A DNA stretch of 64,000 bases from a virus, in the IMG/VR virus record IMGVR_UViG_3300009414_000001, positions 1 to 64,000 of that record; one strand, given 5' to 3'. This document shows positions 19,916 to 28,314 of this stretch, piece by piece. Position numbers and translations under genes: made by a program. Within the stretch, counting starts at the first letter, position 1; every line of letters starts with the position of its first letter. The notes beneath the pieces are model-generated. The model ran no database searches, was not told the DNA's origin, and saw only the letters and a program-made list of their open reading frames with translations.

Positions 19916-20182
19916 CTATATATCTTTTTTGAGAGTAGGAGCGTTCAGCTTTTTACTTTTTTCCTTATGCTTTATCGCTTCATTGTGTAGATATTTATTT
20001 GCTCTACCTCTAAAATCTGGTTTGTTATCTCTGTAGATGTTTTCGTATTTATCTGATACTTGCTCTTTTAACTCATCAGGAATAAAAAACATGCGGTCTA
20101 ATACGAACTGTTTATCGCTGTCGCCCCTTTTATTAAAATACCATAAGGGATATTCTTTTTTGATTGGAAAGAGGCTACCCAT
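19916..20182 (-). CDS. Hypothetical phage protein
   Basis: 88 aa ORF in a packed minus-strand cluster. Confidence 0.55.
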   Translation of the reverse strand: MGSLFPIKKEYPLWYFNKRGDSDKQFVLDRMFFIPDELKEQVSDKYENIYRDNKPDFRGRANKYLHNEAIKHKEKSKKLNAPTLKKDI

Positions 20183-20198
20183 TAGTTTTAATTCCTAG

Positions 20199-20738
20199 TT
20201 ATTTTGTTAGTTCATTGGTTGACTTTGAAAAAGCTGGCGGAACATATTCAGCCCACCCAAGAAGCTTGTAGCTTTCATTAAAAGTTATTAACTCGTAGTA
20301 GTTGTCGAATTCATAATGAGACTGACAAGTCACCCAGCCAACAGAATTAACATACTCACCATCTGTATTCACTAGTGCATCATCGCCATACAAATCTTCA
20401 TCCCCATTTTTATATGGTCGGTTTTGGTACTGAGCTAAAAAGGTCATTACTTTTGGCTTGTCGAATTTAGGACTGTTAACCTCGACAGCAACCCAAAACT
20501 CTTTCTCGGCACCAACATTAACAACGGGCGTAGTTTCTGGTTCTTTCCAGTCAATATAGCCAGTATAATTCAATGCTAAATTTGTCTTAGAATACGTATT
20601 AACAAACCAACTAAAAACACCATCAGGATTATCGTTCTCGTCAGACAATTCCGTTATAAGCGTATCACCAACAAAGATAGAAACTAGCCCTTCATCTTCA
20701 CAGTATTTATACCTAAGTACATTTGTTTTCTCAGACAT
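20199..20738 (-). CDS. Hypothetical phage protein
   Basis: 179 aa ORF with AAGGA RBS. Confidence 0.6.
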   Translation of the reverse strand: MSEKTNVLRYKYCEDEGLVSIFVGDTLITELSDENDNPDGVFSWFVNTYSKTNLALNYTGYIDWKEPETTPVVNVGAEKEFWVAVEVNSPKFDKPKVMTFLAQYQNRPYKNGDEDLYGDDALVNTDGEYVNSVGWVTCQSHYEFDNYYELITFNESYKLLGWAEYVPPAFSKSTNELTK

Positions 20739-20750
20739 TTTATTTTCCTT

Positions 20751-21002
20751 TTATTGTTTTTTAACATTTCTCTCGGTATACCAAGACTCTGCCATCTCTT
20801 TTTTTCTGATATCTGCGCACTTAGGGCAACCAGTGCCCGTCATATGCTTACCAGCCTGTTGCTGATACTTATGCCCTTTCGAGCAGGCGAGCTTTATCTT
20901 TGATTTGGAGTTAACGTACACAACCCTACTGTAGTCATAATCATCACCGTAACGCTCGATTGCTCTGGCTATAAACTCATCAGTAGTTAAGGTTTTAGGC
21001 AC
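20751..21002 (-). CDS. DUF723-like zinc-ribbon protein
   Basis: TT.EFI.RA...YG..YDYS.V.Y.N...K....C..GH......H..G.GCPKC. Confidence 0.75.
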   Translation of the reverse strand: MPKTLTTDEFIARAIERYGDDYDYSRVVYVNSKSKIKLACSKGHKYQQQAGKHMTGTGCPKCADIRKKEMAESWYTERNVKKQ

Positions 21003-21426
21003 GATTACAATCCTTTAAAGAAACCAACGGCAAGCCGTGAATATAACTACAGTCGAACTGACCTTTAAATACACTGCCACAACCTTCGGGAAGTGGAAGT
21101 TTGCAGCTATTACATGTTCCGATAGCCTTCTGATCGTGCTTTATCCTATCGCCATCAACTCTCATTAAGGTCATTAGGTACTCTGTAGTGCAATCATACC
21201 CTCTGGCAGTTGCTTGCTCTTGGAGCTGCTTGCTTTCCGTGTCACTAATACCTTTTCCGCCAGCAGATAAAGAATTCTTAGTTAAGGGATCGCTGACTAC
21301 TGGCTCCTGCCCATTTTGTTCAGCGAGCGCTTTCTCTTTGGCTTTTTCGCGCTGCTTTCGCTTGCGCAATTTGCCTTGTTCGCGTATCTTCGCCTTCTGC
21401 TCTTCGGTTTTTTCTTTTTTAGCCAT
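20995..21426 (-). CDS. Hypothetical basic protein with a C-terminal Cys cluster (possible regulator)
   Basis: RKRKQR stretch; C..C..PLP.GC...F.G...C. Confidence 0.6.
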   Translation of the reverse strand: MAKKEKTEEQKAKIREQGKLRKRKQREKAKEKALAEQNGQEPVVSDPLTKNSLSAGGKGISDTESKQLQEQATARGYDCTTEYLMTLMRVDGDRIKHDQKAIGTCNSCKLPLPEGCGSVFKGQFDCSYIHGLPLVSLKDCNRA

Positions 21427-21445
21427 AATTTATTACTTTCTTGTT

Positions 21446-21490
21446 GCGTGACGGTCACGCGAATTGATTTGATTTAACCGTGACAGTCAC
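21446..21490. promoter_or_regulatory. Pair of GTGAC-N-GTCAC palindromes
   Basis: 21448-21458 and 21480-21490; the same pair recurs at 45846/45877. Confidence 0.55.
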
Positions 21491-21491
21491 A

Positions 21492-22196
21492 CTAATCGGT
21501 CGTCGTTACTTTTACTGAGGTCGAAAATACATGGGGTTCATTGCAGAATTCATCAACAGACTTATTCAACTTATCGTACTGTTGAATCCCCCATACAACC
21601 GCATAACAGCACCATAAGTAGCGACTTGAAAAAGTTTCGCTATCCATCCACTCCCAGCAATCAATAAAATCTAACTTATTGATGACCCCTGAATTAAAAC
21701 TATCGATAGATGAAATATACCTGTATTCGTCCATATCTTTGTATTTGAAATGATCTTTTACTTCGGCGCGAAATGCTGCCTCAAAGTCATTTTCTGTAGA
21801 GTACTCACTCCCTTGGTAATCCTCAAAATACCCCTCTATCTCATCACAAATAGTGTCAACCCTACTCTCTATGGACTTCATAACAAGGCTAGAGTCAAAC
21901 GTTTTTAAGCCACCATTCCTAGAGGTGGACTGCACCTTTTCCGACCAATAATAAGCATTAATAATTAATTCTTCATTACGAAAAAATCTAAACATATCCT
22001 CAACACGACTAAAAACATAAGTGCCCATATCGCCAGAAAAAACCAAATGATGCGGATAGGTAACTAAGCTAAACTTTTGATTGGATGAGCCGTTATTAGA
22101 AAACTCAAGATGTCGATAAACACCATTATCTTGATGTACGGTCATCGTGTGATTGGCTACGTTTTCTAAAAAGCCCTCTTTTGATATTTTACTCAT
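21492..22196 (-). CDS. Conserved phage hypothetical protein
   Basis: H.M....D.GVYRHL.F, SGDMG.YVF.R..DMF.FFR, YW.EK, YLWCC.A..WGI..YD pattern. Confidence 0.7.
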   Translation of the reverse strand: MSKISKEGFLENVANHTMTVHQDNGVYRHLEFSNNGSSNQKFSLVTYPHHLVFSGDMGTYVFSRVEDMFRFFRNEELIINAYYWSEKVQSTSRNGGLKTFDSSLVMKSIESRVDTICDEIEGYFEDYQGSEYSTENDFEAAFRAEVKDHFKYKDMDEYRYISSIDSFNSGVINKLDFIDCWEWMDSETFSSRYLWCCYAVVWGIQQYDKLNKSVDEFCNEPHVFSTSVKVTTTD

Positions 22197-22852
22197 TAGT
22201 AACTACTCCCTGCACACGTTAAAGCTGCCCACTCTTCACAGCTAGTATTGTTACAACCATCAAAATCATAAGGGTTAAACTGCCAAACCATGCGACCACA
22301 GCTAGGACAATTCCAGCGTGTTTTACCTGTTGTTTCCTTTTTCTTGCGCGGTTTTTTGTATTTGATGCCTGCGCCCGTAATCATTTTTCGAGTATTAACT
22401 TGCTGACGATGAATAACAGGACGACAAATAGTATCAAGGTATGATTTAGGCAGGATTATGTCTTTGGTGCCTGAAAACTCTCTCATAGCCTCGTCATAGG
22501 TAAATATTTCAGCTTCATCATAGTTAAACGTATCACTACGGCCTTTAACAAAGGCGATATCATTACCGTTCCATTTACGCGCTACTTGAACAACGTACTT
22601 GTCATTCAAATCTTTTGCTTCTGGCTCTTTGATGTGTTGATGATCAACCGACTTAATAGCCACCCTGTCCACTTCATCAACAAATAAAGGCAATGAATTA
22701 ATATCGTGCCCTAGCGCTTTTTGAGCCTCTTCCAATGTGAATTTATGGGCTTTAGTGAGATCAGTGCCGTACCCCTTCCCATTTATGCAGTGAAACATAA
22801 TCACATCGCCAGTATCACCATGGCGACTTGTTAAATAAAATAATTTTTCCAT
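22196..22852 (-). CDS. Conserved phage hypothetical protein with a C-terminal Zn ribbon
   Basis: GY.TDL.KAH, WNGND, NCP.CGR. Confidence 0.65.
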   Translation of the reverse strand: MEKLFYLTSRHGDTGDVIMFHCINGKGYGTDLTKAHKFTLEEAQKALGHDINSLPLFVDEVDRVAIKSVDHQHIKEPEAKDLNDKYVVQVARKWNGNDIAFVKGRSDTFNYDEAEIFTYDEAMREFSGTKDIILPKSYLDTICRPVIHRQQVNTRKMITGAGIKYKKPRKKKETTGKTRWNCPSCGRMVWQFNPYDFDGCNNTSCEEWAALTCAGSSY

Positions 22853-22861
22853 AATTTACTC

Positions 22862-23128
22862 TTATTTGTTTAAGTAGATATCCTTGAGAAACAACTCACC
22901 CAGCTCAGTTAACACTTTAGCCTCGCTTTTCTTGCCATCTTCGATAAGGCCACCGTTAACAACAATATGATAAGCAGTGTGACCAGCCCAGTAGCCGTCA
23001 CGTAAGTTGCGCAAGGTTTTAGCTATCTGCTCACGCTTTTTTACAACACATTTATTAATAGGATCACCAAAGTTAGTACCTTTAAATAAATTGTTGATGT
23101 ATTCATCAGTGATAGCGAGGTTATTCAT
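22862..23128 (-). CDS. Hypothetical phage protein
   Basis: Start at MNNLAI overlaps the AlpA stop; F.GTNFG and GYW.GHTAY.I motifs. Confidence 0.6.
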   Translation of the reverse strand: MNNLAITDEYINNLFKGTNFGDPINKCVVKKREQIAKTLRNLRDGYWAGHTAYHIVVNGGLIEDGKKSEAKVLTELGELFLKDIYLNK

Positions 23129-23387
23129 TTTTAGAGCCTCCATCCACCCAAGCCTCAAAACTACTAAGCAACCAGTAAGATTTATCGCCAGCAACAGCAT
23201 CAGGAGCAGGAAAAACCCCTTTTCTAAGCCACCGATAAAGAGTGACGCTACTTATGCCTAATAACCTCTGTAGCTCAGATCTTTTTATTAAGCGACCACC
23301 TTTGTTTTTTTTGTGTGTGTTAGCTAGCTGCAATTCAAGCTCGGCAATTTTCGCTTTCTCCTTGTTATCTCTATTCATGCTTATCAC
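23121..23387 (-). CDS. AlpA-family HTH regulator
   Basis: RLIKRSEL..LLGIS..TLYRW...G.FP.P......W......W. Confidence 0.85.
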   Translation of the reverse strand: MISMNRDNKEKAKIAELELQLANTHKKNKGGRLIKRSELQRLLGISSVTLYRWLRKGVFPAPDAVAGDKSYWLLSSFEAWVDGGSKNE

Positions 23388-23670
23388 TCAAAAAATCGAT
23401 TGTTAGGCGCTCTGACATATCATCAAAATCAGACTCTTTATCACTAGATACACAGTTAAAAATGCCTATGTTTTGCCCCACCTTATCCGCCAGCGAAATA
23501 AGCTCATCTTTATCAAATAAACCGCTCAAGTAGTTATCATCTGTTTTCTTGATTATTTGATGTAGGAACGAAGAAAGCTCGTTATAGTCTTCTGTCATAC
23601 CGCTACGAAGACCGTTAATGCTGATCCTCATTGTGCCGCTTGGTGGCTTTTGACTAGTGCTATCGCTCAT
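23371..23670 (-). CDS. Hypothetical protein
   Basis: 99 aa ORF in operon. Confidence 0.55.
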   Translation of the reverse strand: MSDSTSQKPPSGTMRISINGLRSGMTEDYNELSSFLHQIIKKTDDNYLSGLFDKDELISLADKVGQNIGIFNCVSSDKESDFDDMSERLTIDFLSDKHE

Positions 23671-23676
23671 TTTAAT

Positions 23677-23961
23677 TTACCCCGTTAGTTTATTTGTTAG
23701 TTTTCTATTGCTGGGAAGTCCTAGCGCTAAGCGCCACAAACTCCCTTTAATCTTGCGGCCTGAAACATCCACTACTTTAACCTTTCTATTTGGCAGTTCA
23801 GTTTCAATCGTTTCATACTTCAAGCCACTTCTGATGTTATAGAGCAAGCCTGACGCCTCTTTGGCGGTAACGCCAAGCTTTTCGCCTAAAGTGGCGGCTG
23901 TAAAGTAGCTACCACTTTCAAGCATTACCTCGGCTGCTTCGCCCGTACTAAAGCTAGCCAT
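23677..23961 (-). CDS. Small winged-HTH-like protein (paralog-like to 52277-52612)
   Basis: TAATLGEKLGVTAKEASG helix-turn-helix; C-terminal LWRLAL. Confidence 0.55.
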   Translation of the reverse strand: MASFSTGEAAEVMLESGSYFTAATLGEKLGVTAKEASGLLYNIRSGLKYETIETELPNRKVKVVDVSGRKIKGSLWRLALGLPSNRKLTNKLTG

Positions 23962-24359
23962 TACTGATTAGCCTGACGCTGATTCCATTCTGTTTGAGCA
24001 TCCCACTGATTACCACCAGCAATAATATAGCCGCTAATAAACTCAGACTCCTGTTCAGCCAACTGCTCCGCTCTAGCCTCTTCTTCTGTTTGCTGGTAAC
24101 AATCATAAGCCCAAATGTGCTCAGGCGAGGCATCCCACAAGGTTAAATCAACAACACCAGCAGCTTTAACTTTTTCCATTAGAGCATCAGCCTTTTCATA
24201 AGACAATGCTGGCGGCAATGTAAAAGTAATTTGCTCATTGTTATTGTAAATAGCCACAAGCCACTCATTAGCCTCACAAGCTTCGCGTGAAACAGTCAAT
24301 ACAGACACATTGTAGCCAGCAGCCTTAAGATTGAATTTTGTTAGGTCAGTGTTGCTCAT
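23961..24359 (-). CDS. Hypothetical protein
   Basis: 132 aa ORF coupled to the next gene. Confidence 0.55.
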   Translation of the reverse strand: MSNTDLTKFNLKAAGYNVSVLTVSREACEANEWLVAIYNNNEQITFTLPPALSYEKADALMEKVKAAGVVDLTLWDASPEHIWAYDCYQQTEEEARAEQLAEQESEFISGYIIAGGNQWDAQTEWNQRQANQ

Positions 24360-24512
24360 GGTTTATTTAATCCTTTAGTTAATTTGTTAGTACGTTGATA
24401 TCGTAACAGAATCAAATGAGCGTGACAAGAGCGTGACATAACAATTAAATTCAAAGCAAAAAAAAGACCCGTTAAGGTCTTTTTTGGGTTAGCCGTACAT
24501 CCAACAGGGCAA

Positions 24513-24707
24513 CTAAGCAACCCGTAGGTGATCAAGAGAAACACCGCCAGCCTTACCGCTGATTTGAACAACGATTTCACCATGACCAAGTGCCCATGGT
24601 TCAGACCTGACTGTATGCTCGGTAAACACCTCTTTTTCATCTAATAACGGGTAATAGAGTACTTTAGTACCTATAGGAAACTCTGCTCTTGCTCTATCAA
24701 AAATCAT
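24513..24707 (-). CDS. Small conserved phage protein
   Basis: PIGT.V.Y.P, T..RS..W.LGHG..VV...G.AGGV...HL. Confidence 0.6.
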   Translation of the reverse strand: MIFDRARAEFPIGTKVLYYPLLDEKEVFTEHTVRSEPWALGHGEIVVQISGKAGGVSLDHLRVA

Positions 24708-24865
24708 TTAATATTTACTCCACGGTAAAAGCTCAATCACAACATAATTAAAATCTTTCCACTTTTCCCAGTTAGGCTCTTTACGTGCAACCTCAATAGC
24801 AGCCGTACCAAGCAATGCAGGAATGGTAAAGGGCAGCACAGCCACCCTAACGATAAGTTTAATAA

Positions 24866-25456
24866 TTACCATTTCATGAACACCGTTGAACGATAAGCCT
24901 TAAGCTCTTTTATCGACTCTTGGATATCTGCCAGCGCTTCATGCTTAAACTCTTTACGGCTAGTAATATCTTTCTCAAGTTCAGGTATAAACGCTCTAGC
25001 AGCTAACGCCAGCACACTAATATCTAGCTGACGATAATGAAAGTAATCGTTTAACTCAGGCATTTGGCAAGTAAGAAAATTGCGGTCTAGCTTGATAGAA
25101 TTACCTGAGAATACTGCGCCTGTTTTTTCTTTACGATCATACTTATTGATACCAAGCGCTTTAAGGTGGCTAATAATAACTTGCTCTGCTTCTTTTAGTG
25201 TCAATGCCGAAGCTCTAACCTCATCTAATAAACCACTCTTTGTATGCGCTTTTAAAGCCCATTCATGGCACTTCGCTATCTCGGCCTCGCTTTGATGGAT
25301 TACCAATCTTAACGGCTCACCCACTTGATTTAACTCAAGGTCAGTGACGATAAACGCCAGCTCAAATATAGGATAGTGAAGCATCCCCAATTTATTACCT
25401 TCGATGCGACCATCAAGGCCACCCGTTTCAATATCACCATGTACAAAATATTGCAT
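24866..25456 (-). CDS. orn: Oligoribonuclease (DEDDh 3'-5' exonuclease, Orn-like)
   Basis: DIETGGL, I.E.A.IVTD..LN, H.KSGL, GNSI..DR.FL...MPEL..YFHYR.LDIS, H.AL.DI.ESI.ELK.YR. Confidence 0.9.
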   Translation of the reverse strand: MQYFVHGDIETGGLDGRIEGNKLGMLHYPIFELAFIVTDLELNQVGEPLRLVIHQSEAEIAKCHEWALKAHTKSGLLDEVRASALTLKEAEQVIISHLKALGINKYDRKEKTGAVFSGNSIKLDRNFLTCQMPELNDYFHYRQLDISVLALAARAFIPELEKDITSRKEFKHEALADIQESIKELKAYRSTVFMKW

Positions 25457-25722
25457 TATTTAACCTCTTTGTTTTTGTTGTAATCGTTAATAAAATCCTC
25501 GCCCAATCTCTTAACAACCTTTTCTGGTAATATACTTATATCGCCTTTTACCACTGAGTTAGGTGCTTCTATTTTGTGCTCATCGCAACGCTTATATAGA
25601 TCATCACCATAAACAGGGTACTTGTATTCACCGAAGTCATGCGTAACTATATTTCTCGCTACAAAGGTAACTGGCTGACCACAAATATCACAAGTTTCTT
25701 GAGTGTTATTTCCCTTATTCAT
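25456..25722 (-). CDS. Hypothetical protein (CxxC)
   Basis: 88 aa, coupled to orn. Confidence 0.5.
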   Translation of the reverse strand: MNKGNNTQETCDICGQPVTFVARNIVTHDFGEYKYPVYGDDLYKRCDEHKIEAPNSVVKGDISILPEKVVKRLGEDFINDYNKNKEVK

Positions 25723-25856
25723 CTTAAAGCCCTATTGTTTAGTTGTAATAAATGGCGTTGTTTAGCTCGCCTATATGCGTTTCAATTTCTAACCGTTTAT
25801 CCCAATATTTTTGCGTGCCATTATTGGATTGGCTTTTTATTTGCTTACTTCTTAAC

Positions 25857-26099
25857 TCAGGCATAAAACAGCCCCTTAATTGCTTGATAAACAGACCGCC
25901 CATTAAAGATCCGTCTAATAAAATATGACCTCGCTAACGATATCAGCGTATAACACAATCCAAGGCTCAAGTTTTGGCCTGCACTAATAGACCACCCGAA
26001 CATAGGAAATAAAATAGCGTTAGCTGTTAGAGTAATAGAAAGACCTATTAATATGTTTGTGAGCGACTCAAGTAGTGAGTCTTTTTTTGTTTGATTCAT
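25857..26099 (-). CDS. Small two-TM conserved phage membrane protein
   Basis: MNQTKK.SL.ES.TN..IG...FPMFG......NL.....YT..S..RSY..RR.FN; start taken at 26099. Confidence 0.7.
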   Translation of the reverse strand: MNQTKKDSLLESLTNILIGLSITLTANAILFPMFGWSISAGQNLSLGLCYTLISLARSYFIRRIFNGRSVYQAIKGLFYA

Positions 26100-26100
26100 G

Positions 26101-26532
26101 TTATTGAGTCTGCTCATAGATTGTGTCCGATTTATCACAAATAAAGCCATGGCAAACATACCCTGTAGCCTCATCGTATGGCGTTCTTTTGCATTTCTTC
26201 TGCCTGTACTGATAATGCTCATAGCCACAGCTAAAAGCGTAAGGGTTAGCATTGTAATCAGCATAATATTGATCTTGCCCGTTGCGTGCCGCATTAGCGC
26301 CAGCTGCAAAGCCACTCAAGAAGTCTTCTCGCGTGTTGATCATCAACGTTTCACCCAAGCTACCCTCTACAACCAAAATAGCACCCAGTTTAACTAACCT
26401 AGTTACCGTTTCACTGTTAAAAGAACCATGATAAACATCTTTATTCACATCATAAATAACAGGAGTGTCGCCGTGCCCCGTTGCTTCCATCAAAGAAACA
26501 AATAACTCTCGCTGTTTTCTTGGTATTGGCAT
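26101..26532 (-). CDS. Hypothetical phage protein
   Basis: ORF from MPIPRKQ. Confidence 0.55.
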   Translation of the reverse strand: MPIPRKQRELFVSLMEATGHGDTPVIYDVNKDVYHGSFNSETVTRLVKLGAILVVEGSLGETLMINTREDFLSGFAAGANAARNGQDQYYADYNANPYAFSCGYEHYQYRQKKCKRTPYDEATGYVCHGFICDKSDTIYEQTQ

Positions 26533-26614
26533 GATTAAAAACCTTAGTAAATTAAATCGTACAATTAACATTTAACATCTTAGTCAATTTGTTAGGACTA
26601 GAATGTTAATTTTT

Positions 26615-27316
26615 TTAAAGAGAAAAGCCCAGCTTTTTAGGTTTTAGCGATTCATCATTTACGCCTTTTTTGACGTCAATGTGCTTACTATCAATAAGCC
26701 CTTTCATTAGCGCGCCGTCTTGCCTCGTTTTTCGCTTATCATCTTTAAAATCATTTCCTGCAAAATCGCACGAAAGAGCATATCGATTATTTAGAGCGAC
26801 AAGAGCTGTATTATTGCTTGATTCTGTTACCGAATCAACTTTATAGCTATTAGTGAACGAACAGGTAAAACCCATCTTTAGGCCATTTCGATAACTATTC
26901 ATATACTTTGCAGGAGCACCGCCAATTAACAGGCGATGCTGCTTTGCTTTTTTGATGATTTGCCCTCTAGCAACTTCGTACACATAACGAGAAAATTCTA
27001 TGTCGCTCGGCTCACCAACATAATAAAACACCCCTTTAAGCGCACTGTAGCCTTGACGGTACGTGACACAAACACCTAAAACCTTAGCTATACTAGTTGC
27101 CATTTGCGCATCACTGTAACTTATTTTTATACCTGAATGCTTAAACTCAAGCCGCTTGATGCTGGCACTTCCTATATCACCCATATTTAAACGATATTCC
27201 GTCATGTAGGCCATGGCCTTAGTGTTGGCGCTATTTCTTTCGTGTGGGTTCGTGGTTGATGCAGCTAAAGCGAGCAATTTTGCTATTTTTCCCTTTATGC
27301 GTTCCACTTTACTCAA
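26615..27316 (-). CDS. DUF2786-domain protein
   Basis: KIAKLLALA.S.TNPHE...A..KA..YM..Y. Confidence 0.8.
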   Translation of the reverse strand: MSKVERIKGKIAKLLALAASTTNPHERNSANTKAMAYMTEYRLNMGDIGSASIKRLEFKHSGIKISYSDAQMATSIAKVLGVCVTYRQGYSALKGVFYYVGEPSDIEFSRYVYEVARGQIIKKAKQHRLLIGGAPAKYMNSYRNGLKMGFTCSFTNSYKVDSVTESSNNTALVALNNRYALSCDFAGNDFKDDKRKTRQDGALMKGLIDSKHIDVKKGVNDESLKPKKLGFSL

Positions 27317-27582
27317 AGCAAATACCTCTGTAAATTTAATATATAAACCAATTAATTTTGATTATGTTACAGAATCAAATCGAGGTCAACTTTTTAACAC
27401 ACAAAAGAAACACCTTAAAAATTCAATTAAACTTCCTTTAACTACCAACAAGGACACCTGAAACACACACAAGACCCACACAGAACCCACCTTTAGCACA
27501 CGAAAACAAAGAACAAACAAACAACTTGCGTACAGGCTGATTGCGTTACACAATCAACTAAAATCAACTAGAGTAAGCACCT

Positions 27583-27837
27583 ATGAGCAATACAGAAGGA
27601 AAAAAGATTGGCGGATTCAGAGAGGGATCAGGAGGAAAACCAAAGCACAAAGCAGGCAAAACGACAACAAAACGAATCCCTGAAAAATACATCGATGCAG
27701 TTTCATCGTTAATAAATCATCTTGAGAGTAATGCAGAAATAAACAAAAAAGGTGAAACAAAGACCAGCGAACCACTAAGAATAGTTTCAGCATTTGAGCA
27801 AGAGCAAGAGATTACTTTTACAATAAAAGCTGTTTAG
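27583..27837 (+). CDS. Small DNA-binding-like protein (GG.R.G.G.K motif)
   Basis: GGFREGSGGKPK...T.T.RIP. Confidence 0.55.
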   Translation: MSNTEGKKIGGFREGSGGKPKHKAGKTTTKRIPEKYIDAVSSLINHLESNAEINKKGETKTSEPLRIVSAFEQEQEITFTIKAV

Positions 27838-27873
27838 AAAAATCAGCAACCTTATAAAACTCGACTATTATTT

Positions 27874-27899
27874 AAAACCATCAATTAAGATGGTTTTTT
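27874..27899 (+). terminator. Rho-independent terminator
   Basis: AAAACCATC-AATTAA-GATGGTTTTTT. Confidence 0.7.
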
Positions 27900-28041
27900 G
27901 TTTCATACCAGCCAACAAGCAAAACAGCAACAACTTATCTTTAAAATCAAATAAAAAACCTACTTGCTAAATATACCATTTATAGAAATAGCGACAAGTA
28001 GAGCGTTAGCAAATAAATTAAACAACGCTTTTGCTGGCCTC

Positions 28042-28075
28042 TCTAATTGCCATAACATAGGATATGGCAATTAGA
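28042..28075. repeat. Perfect 13-8-13 inverted repeat (loxP-like architecture)
   Basis: TCTAATTGCCATA-ACATAGGA-TATGGCAATTAGA. Confidence 0.85.
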
Positions 28076-28183
28076 TACAATTCACTAAGTCGACAAGTCA
28101 CAAGCAAAACCACCAAAACACGAATAAACCCATTCCTTAAAATCTGCGTAACTTCACCTTAAAAACAAAATAATATCGACACA

Positions 28184-28226
28184 GCTACTTGCTTCTTTTC
28201 GGAATATAACAAGTAGCGTTTATACT
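28184..28226 (+). promoter_or_regulatory. 34-bp palindrome overlapping a candidate sigma70 promoter for the peptide gene
   Basis: GCTACTTG-N18-CAAGTAGC (28184-28217); TTCGGA-N17-TATACT (28198-28226). Confidence 0.45.
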
Positions 28227-28314
28227 CGTCAATAAGCAGACGATCACCCAATGGATCGCTTCTTGCTTAGATAGCTTTAATTATTATTTTTACAACTAAA
28301 AACTAAGGGAAATT

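Noticed and set aside
21448-21490. GTGAC...GTCAC as matS
   Set aside because: matS has a 3-bp centre (GTGACRNYGTCAC); these have a 1-bp centre.
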